DNA of 64,000 nucleotides from Candidatus Woesearchaeota archaeon (GTDB lineage: Archaea; Nanobdellota; Nanobdellia; Woesearchaeales; GW2011-AR15), in NCBI GenBank assembly GCA_016928835.1, contig JAFGJW010000005.1:37815-101814 (forward strand), written 5' to 3'. Positions within the stretch are counted from its first letter, which is position 1. Every line of letters starts with the position of its first letter. Shown piece after piece: positions 49,101 to 58,100 of this stretch. A program made the position numbers and the translations under genes. The notes under the pieces are model-generated. The model worked only from the letters and a program-made list of their open reading frames with translations, searched no databases and was not told where the DNA came from.

Positions 49101-52100
49101 CCAGGTGAGGGTGAATTGCACAGATACACAAAAGGTTACAAATGCAACCTTCAGTTTAATCAATATTCCTGATAATTATGAATTTTTTAATGCGACAACA
49201 AGCTATCAGCAGGGTGACTATTTTATATTAAACATTAGTGATATATTAATTCAAGATTCAGGAGAATTTAATCTTCATGTCGTATGCAGAGATAATGCAA
49301 GTAATGAAAGATATGATTTTGCTGATTGGACTGTACCATGGGGAACTTTGGTAGCGAGTTTAGTAAGTCCCTCTGCTAATGTTAGTGTTTCCAAAGGGGT
49401 ATTTTTTACATGGACATCATCTGTGCTTTGCAGTGGCGGTGAATGCGGAAGTATAAATGCGACTCTGGACCCAGAGGCTTTAAAAGGAAATGAGCCAGGT
49501 ATTAACATCATAAACCCGCAAAGTTATCCAATGCTTGGGGGTAACTGGACTGTACTGTTCAATACAAAAGGCAAATCAGACCTTACAATAACAGTGAACG
49601 AGGATACCGCATGGAGTAATGTTGAAGATAAAGGTGATTTAAAATTCATGGATCTCCGATGCGGTCAGGATATTGTCGATTATGAATGGATACATACTGG
49701 AGATCAGCAATCAGTTTTTGTACCTGGCTATGAATGTAGTGACGTAAGTTATGAAACATCAAGAGTATTAACTTCAGGTAGACACAATCTTGTGTTTGAT
49801 TATGGGCCTAATAGAGTATATGCTCACAATCTTGTGAGTTATGTGCACTCTGATGGCTCTCAAGGTACTTCTTTTACTTTTAACATTAGTTCTCCGGATA
49901 ACCGACTTGTGGTGATTGTTGCAGATGATGAAAGCACTGGAACCTATCTTACTGGAGTTACTGTTGACGGAAAATCATGTGATCTTGTAAATACTGCAGA
50001 TAATCCTGTTGGAGCAGGCAATCACATGGAGATGTGGTATTGTGATGAAGATCATCTTGGTTCATCAAGCGGAGATGTGACCATTGCTATTACTGGGGCA
50101 GATCCTGGTTGGGCAATTCATGCCCATCTCTATACTGGTGTTGACCAGAACGGCCCATATGACAACCAAACTGATAGCACATCACAATCACAAAATGAAA
50201 TATTGCCAGGAGCAATAGATATCCCATTGAATGGTCTTTTAGTATTTGGCGCGGCAAATGGCCAGAGCGGCTCATATAATGATGCAGACTGGGATACAAA
50301 TCCTACAGAGGGCACTGATGATGGACTTTCTCCAGAAATTGAGATGACAGAAGTCACTGATGGGCCTAATCCTGCTTCCGCTGTCCTGGCAACTGCCTAT
50401 TGGATTTCAACAATTTCAGATCAAACTGATAGATTGTTTCGGGCAAGAGGTAGCACTGCCAACAACCGTGGAACAGGTATTATTGCCTCTTGGAAATTGG
50501 CACAACTCAGCAAAGGAGTAATCCCAAATACCCCTGGAAGCACACCCTTCTGGACCTCAACAGCAAATCCCCACGGATACTCAGTGAGTTCATGCCTTGA
50601 AAATATGACTGATGGAGATATCTGCACCACCTCATGGGAAGTCAATGCAACTGGAGGACTAAACACTGTCTGGGAGTTCTTTGCATATTATAATGCTTCC
50701 ACATATACTGGTTATATAGAAACAAATTATACGCCAAGTATATACATTACCATTGTCAATAACACTTTGCCAAACATTACCGCGCTAGATTTGTTACCCA
50801 TCTTTCCTCCGAATTATGTTAACTTGAATTGTACATTCACTATTTATGATCCTGATTTCGACAATGATTTAACAGTGAATGTTACCTGGTTTAGAAACAA
50901 TATCACTTTTGAATCCAATGTTTATTCTGTGACTAGTGGCCAGCAGTATATTGATATTATGGAATCTTCAAATACTTCTACCAATGAAGAATGGCATTGT
51001 CAGGTTGCTCCGTTTGATAACTTAGGGCCTGGAACTCCTATGAATTCATCCCATAGGATTGTGCTGGATAATGCGCCGCCCCAGGTAACTGGAGTGCTAT
51101 GTCAATTGGAGAATACAACCTGGATTGATTGTACAAATATTGTATTTGGTCAAAATTTGACTGCTGTGAGGGCCAACTGCACAGATGACTTTAAAGTTGA
51201 GAACGTTAGCTTCTGGTTCTTTAACTTGGAGGATAATTATGTTTATTTTAATAACCTAAGCAGCTATAATTATTCAAAACAATTTGTCTTTAATAATACA
51301 GATGTCCATATCTTGGACTCAGGTAATTTTTATCTAAATGTAACTTGCTATGATAACTCTAGTCTATGGGATAGACAAGTTATAAATTGGTCAATTCCTT
51401 GGGGAACTTTGTCAGCATCTTTAGTCGATCCTGACTCAGATACAAGTGTTCAGAGAAATGCTTTCTTTACCTTTACTTCTTCTATCACTTGTTTAGGTGG
51501 AGAGTGCGGAGATGTCAATGCTATATTAGATCCCCTCAGTTATGTAAGATCAAGCGGCACGACAGGTACATCATTTAGTTTTGATATAGGTTCTCCACAA
51601 GATAGGCTTGTGGTGATTGTTGCAGACGATGAAAGCACTGGAACCTATCTCACTGGAGCTACTGTTGACGGGAAATCATGTGATCTGGTAAATACAGCAG
51701 ATAACAGTATTGGTACTGGCAATCACATGGAGATGTGGTATTGTGATGAAAACCATCTGGGTTCATCAAGTGGTAGTGTGACTGTGGCTATTCAAGGAGG
51801 AAATGCCGGTTGGGCAGTTCATGCTCATCTCTATACTGATATTGACCAACATGGGCCATATGATAGCCAGACAGATAGCACATCACAATCACAAAACGAA
51901 ATATTGCCCGGAGTTGTGGATATACCCGCAGATGGATTACTAGTGTTTGGAGCTGGTAATGGTATGAGCGGCACATACAATGATGCAGATTGGGATACAA
52001 ATCCAACCGAGATTGCTGACGATGGACTTTCTCCAGAAATTGAGATGACAGAGGTCACTGATGGGCCTAATCCTGATTCTGCTGTCCTCGCAACTGCTTA

Positions 52101-55100
52101 CTGGATATCAAGTACAACGGAGCAGACAAACAGACAGTTTAGAGCAAGAGGTTCAACAGCAAACAATAGGGGTACAGGTATAGTAGCTTCATGGTACGAG
52201 CTTTACAAAGGAATAGTACCAATGTTTGCGGGTTCTCCTTTCTATACCATAGACCAAAACCCTATGAGCTATTTAAATACAAGTTGCCTTGCAGATATGA
52301 TTGCCGGAGACACGTGTCAGGTATCGTGGCAAGTTAATGCAACAGGCCAATTGGGCTCCACTTGGGAATTTTTTGTGGATTACAACACTACAGAATATGA
52401 TGCTCAAGTAAGTGATGCCAGAACTTCATCAGTATATATTACTATTACAGATGCGTCACTGGTACCGCCCCAGGTGTATTTGCTGAATCCAGATGACGCG
52501 ACCCAGACCAATAATGCGTCTATTGAATTTGAATGTCATGCAACAGATAACATTGGTCTTCAAAATTTGAGTTTTTATTTGACTACAACAGATACCCTTC
52601 AATTTAATGATAGTGTACCTGCTTCAGGCACTGAAACCAATGTCACATTCAACAAAACGCTTGAGGAAGGATGGTATAAATGGAATTGTTGGGCATTTGA
52701 CACAGATGGTAATGATGATTGGGGTGCAACTAACAGAACACTAATCATCGATTTGACCAAACCATGGATAAATCTTACCTATCCTACTCCAAATGCAACC
52801 TTTATTGTACAGGATATCATCTTTACGTGGGTTCCGATTGACAATTTTGGAAACCCAATTATATGTAACCTGACAATAAATGCCATTGATTACAGTGTAA
52901 ATTATACTGACACAGGTATAAGCGTAAACAATAATACTGAAGGTAGCAGCCCTATAATGGGAATCTTTCCTAACACTTATCTCTGGTATGTTACCTGCAT
53001 CGATGAGGCTGGGAATGTAAATGTATCTGAGACAAGGAACTTTACCATATCTGACCTTCCGCCAACAGTTGAGCTGATTACTCAAGATGACTACTGGACA
53101 AATCAGCACAATATAACCTTGTATTACAATGCTACAGACAATGAGGGGATTAACCATTCAGATCTTTATATAAATGGTGCCTATAACAAATCTAATTATA
53201 CTGTTGAAATGGAAGAACCACAATGGTTTGACCTCTTCAATCTTGCTGAGGGCAGGTACAATTGGACTGTAAATGTTACAGATGTAGGCAATTTAACTGA
53301 CCAGGCGCCTTGGCAAACCTTCTACATTGATTATACTGACCCCATTATTATTTTGAATTATCCAAACGAATCTATTAGTATTAACAGCAGTTCAATTGAT
53401 GTAAATTTCACGGCAATTGACAACCTTGACCCAACTCTTGTGTGTAACATTACAATAAATGGAACAGTCAATGAATCAGGTATAAATGCAGATAGCAACC
53501 AGTCAACAATACAGACTATCTCTGGATTACGAGACGGGATAAGTTTTATGAATATAACTTGTATAGACGAAGCTGGAAATATTAATACAAGTATGACCGT
53601 GGCAATTAATGTAAGTGCACCCCCAACAATTGAACTTAACTATCCAGACCAAAATCACTCTCAAAAACTAAATTCAATCTATCTGAATTATACTCCTTCG
53701 GACAATTCCGGCTTAGATCATTGCGATTTGCTAATAAACGGAGGATATAATGATACTGAACCAGCCCCAAATAATAATGAAATGAACTACTTTTATCTTG
53801 AAGACATGAAGGAGGGGGCATATACCTGGGCAATTAATTGTACAGATATATCAGGCTATCATAATATATCTAAAACAAGAACCTTTTTTATTGACTTCAC
53901 CGCACCAAACATAACACTTATTATACCTCCGCCAGGCGATATAGTCACAAGTTCGATTGTAGTCTTCAATTACACTGTAGCTGATAATCTTGCTGAGGAT
54001 ATGATGTGTAATCTGACACTGAATGGTGCTGTTAATATATCCAATATTCCCTCTCCAAATAATACTGTAGTAAGTAGGAACATAACCATATTTGAGGAGA
54101 CGACTCACTATTGGAATGTAACCTGCTGGGATGGTGCAGGAAACATCAATGTATCAGTAACCTGGAATTTTTCGGTATTAGTGCCTCCAGCAGTTGATCT
54201 TATATCTCCTGATGATAATTATGTAACCAACATAAGCGAGATTAACTTTACCTACTACTCTTTTGATTCAAGCGGCCTGCAGAATTCAACACTAATTATC
54301 AATGGCCAACCAAACAAGTCTGATCCTGCACCAAATAATGATGCTTACAATTTCTTTAATCTGACTGGGCTGGCAGACGGGAGATACAACTGGACTGTCC
54401 AGGTATTTGATGACGATAATCTCTCAACAACACCTGATGTAAAATGGTTTACAATTGATACTGCACCACCAACTGTACAGATTATTTTTCCAACAAGCTA
54501 TTATACTGTAACTACTAATAACTTTAGTCTTCAATTTAATGCTAGCGATAATTTAGATGACTATCTGAGATGTCACATATATTTCAATGAACAGCTTCTA
54601 TCTGGAAATGTAAGTGTCCAGAACGGATTTGTTCATTCGGAATCAATGCTTAAGAATGACGGTTACTACAACTGGAGCGTAATCTGTTTTGATGAGATAA
54701 ATAATTCAGCATATTCGGGTCTAATCAACTTTTCTGTTGAAGCGCCGCCTAATGTTAGTCTGGATGCTCCGCCGAACATGACAAGGACAAGTAATACCTC
54801 TTTGACCTTTTATTTCACACCTCACGACGATTTTGGGCTGCAAAATTGTACTCTAATTCTGGACAATGAATTAAATGGTTCAGTTATTGACCCTGCTAGT
54901 GATGTGCAGCAGTCCATTTCAGTGGATAATCTTATTGGTGGGATGCATAATTGGACAGTTAGATGCATTGATGCGCCACCAGATCTCAATGAATATGCTC
55001 CTCCTGTCAAACATTTTATTATTGACCTAACAGGGCCCGCAATTGACTTAATATTCCCTGAAGAGTATGGAGTATACAATTATGATGATATCAATTTCAC

Positions 55101-58100
55101 ATGGAATGCGACAGATATGTGGGGTACAGCATTAATATGTAATCTTACAATTGATGAACGGGTTAATGTGACAAATATCTCAGCAACATCAGGTTTGCTT
55201 GCTAATCAAACAGTCTTTAATCTAAGTCAGGGTAATCATAACTGGTCAATTACATGCTGGGATGATTTCAACAATACTAACTCAACAGGACTTGTTAATT
55301 TCACTATCAATGCACCTGATCTTACATTAAATAATACACATATAGGCTTTAATAATACTAATCCGGATATAAATGAGACTCTTACAATAAATGCGTCAAT
55401 ATATAACCTTGGTGGTGCCACTGCATTAAATGTGCCAATTGATTTCTGGGATGGACTGCCGGAGTCTGGAGTATATATTGGAACAGATATCTTGGCCTCT
55501 GTCTCTCCAGGATTTTCTGAACTTGCCGAGATAGAATGGAATATTACTGGAGGCTATCACACTATTTGGGTTATTGTGAATTATACAGGAGTCGAGCTGA
55601 ATACCTCAAATAACAATGCATCAGTAAATATCTCAGTATTAAGATCAATGATTAACTCTCCGCTAAACAACAGCTATTCAAATGCACTCCAACCTACTTT
55701 TAATTTTACACTACAGGATTATACATACGACACAATAAATTACTCGGTCCTTGTGGACGGTGCTCCTAATGGTCAGACAGGACAGGTCACAGATAATGTT
55801 TCACAAACAGTCAATGTACCCTTGTCTGCTGGACAGCATTATGTTCAGATAAGAGCAACTGATTATCTTGGTAGGATAAAAGATTCAGAAAGAGTCTATA
55901 TTATTGTTGATAGGACAGACCCCTCTTTAAATTATATATGGCCCACCCCACCTGATAATTGGGTTCAGGCAGTAACAAATGTCACAATAAATGTGTCAAT
56001 AGAAGAAGATAATCCTGATACTCTTATTCTCTATTGGGCTGGATTTGTCAATGAGACTAGAAAGGACTATGGAAACTTGTCAAATTACACACTATATAAT
56101 CTTTCGGAGGGAGTTTACACATATTATGTGTGGGCCAATGACTCTGCTACCAATTTTGCTCAGACCAGTGAAAGAACAGTGCGGATTGATTTAAAAGAGC
56201 CAACAATCAACTTGGAATCCCCTGATAATGAAGATACATGGACCACCAGTAATGTTGTGGAATTTTATTACAATGTGTCTGACGCATCACAGTATCTAAA
56301 CTGTTCACTTCTCATCAATGGGACAGTGAACGACACTTCCTATAATGTGGAGCCTTATCTAAGCCAGAATTTTGTTATGTATCTTAGGAATGGAAAATAT
56401 ACTTGGGCTATTAACTGTTCAGATCAACTGGGTAGAGTGAATATTTCTGAGACAAGGAATCTTACTGTTAATGCTGAGCTCACAAACTGGAGCAGGATAT
56501 GGTATGAGCGGCATACAAATGACTGGACATCTACTGCTTTCATTAGCCTCATGCCGCAGCCAGATGCTGTTGAAAACAACATCAACACCTCAATAGGAAA
56601 TCAGACATTGTACACGATGGCAAATGCCACTTCTCCCTACTTTGGAGGCAATGGTGTCTTAATACCTATGAACACAGCAGTCGAGTTCTGGGGCACCTTC
56701 CTAAGCACGGGAAGATGGGGTTATGTAACCTGGAAGGTTGTTCTATCTAACTCAACTGGAGAGTATCTAATTGCACAGAGCGGCAATGATGATGATACAT
56801 ATACAGGCAGCAACTACATCTATCCCCCTGCGAACAACAGACGTACGCTCAATGGCACTGATTTTACAGCCAAGACTTGGATCCTAGGACCGTTGGATAG
56901 GATACGTTTGATAGTAAATATATTCAATGATGATACCTCTCAACCAGAAGAGTTCATTCATTACTGGGATGAATATATTGGCAGGTCATGGAGTTATGTT
57001 GAATTTGACCAGTTCATTACAGTGGGCAGTCTTGTTGTTAACTTAACTGAGCCTAGCTCAGACCTTGTTATTCCGCCTAATATGACATATAATCATACCT
57101 GCTTAGTTAATTGTAGTGTGGGCACATGCATTGACACTTATGTATACGCTCTGTACAATTCATCAGGCATTAACTGGACAAATATCTCTTCATCAGGCAA
57201 TCTGGTGCTTAATGGCACACAACAGAACCCACTATTTTTAGGTAATATTACTGAAGCACAGAATGTGACCTTCATAATTAGGGGAGTCCTTGCATCTGAA
57301 AACAATATCCGCTGCTATGCTGAATCTCTCTCCTCCACAGCCTACAGCCCACAGATAAGAAAAGTAACTGTAAATGATACTATCCCACCGAATGTAACAT
57401 TAAGCTCTCCTGAAAATGGTTACTGGCTCGATTACAGAAATGTCACATTCTATTTTGACGCCTCTGATAATGTTGGATTGGGGAACTGCAGTATATTCAT
57501 TGATGGACTCTGGAACGCAACCAAGAGCGGTTCTGAACTAATAAACAATGGCCTTAATAATTTTACTGTGGATAATATACCCGAAGGCTACCATAACTGG
57601 ACAGTGGAGTGCAATGATACCAACACAAACAAAGGAACTACAGACACCTGGAATTTTACTATTGATTTGACTAAGCCGACAATTAATCTCATATACCCGG
57701 GAGATACTGCAAATATAACTTCACAGCCATTTGACCTTAATTTTACAGTGATTGACAACCTTGATACTAATCTTACCTGCAATCTCACTATTGATGGAGT
57801 ATTATATAGATCAAATTTCAGTGCAATCAACAACACTGTTGCGAGAACATCCGTCACTTTAACTGAGGAGGATACACATTATTGGAACGTAACCTGTTGG
57901 GATGGAGAAAGCCTTTCAAACATTAATAATGTAAATTATAGTAAAACAAGGAGCTTCAACTTGTTTATACCTCCAAATATCACTTTGGTAAGTCCTGATG
58001 ATAATAACTGGACTGGCAATGAAAATGTGACCTTTTTCTTCAATGTCTCAGACAGCACAGGCATACATAATTGTACAATTATTATCAATGAGCAGAAAAA

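Noticed and set aside
49831-52194. Duplicated segment as a diversity-generating retroelement TR/VR pair
   Set aside because: Differences are largely synonymous C/T third-position changes rather than adenine-specific, both copies are in-frame coding, and no reverse transcriptase is in the window.
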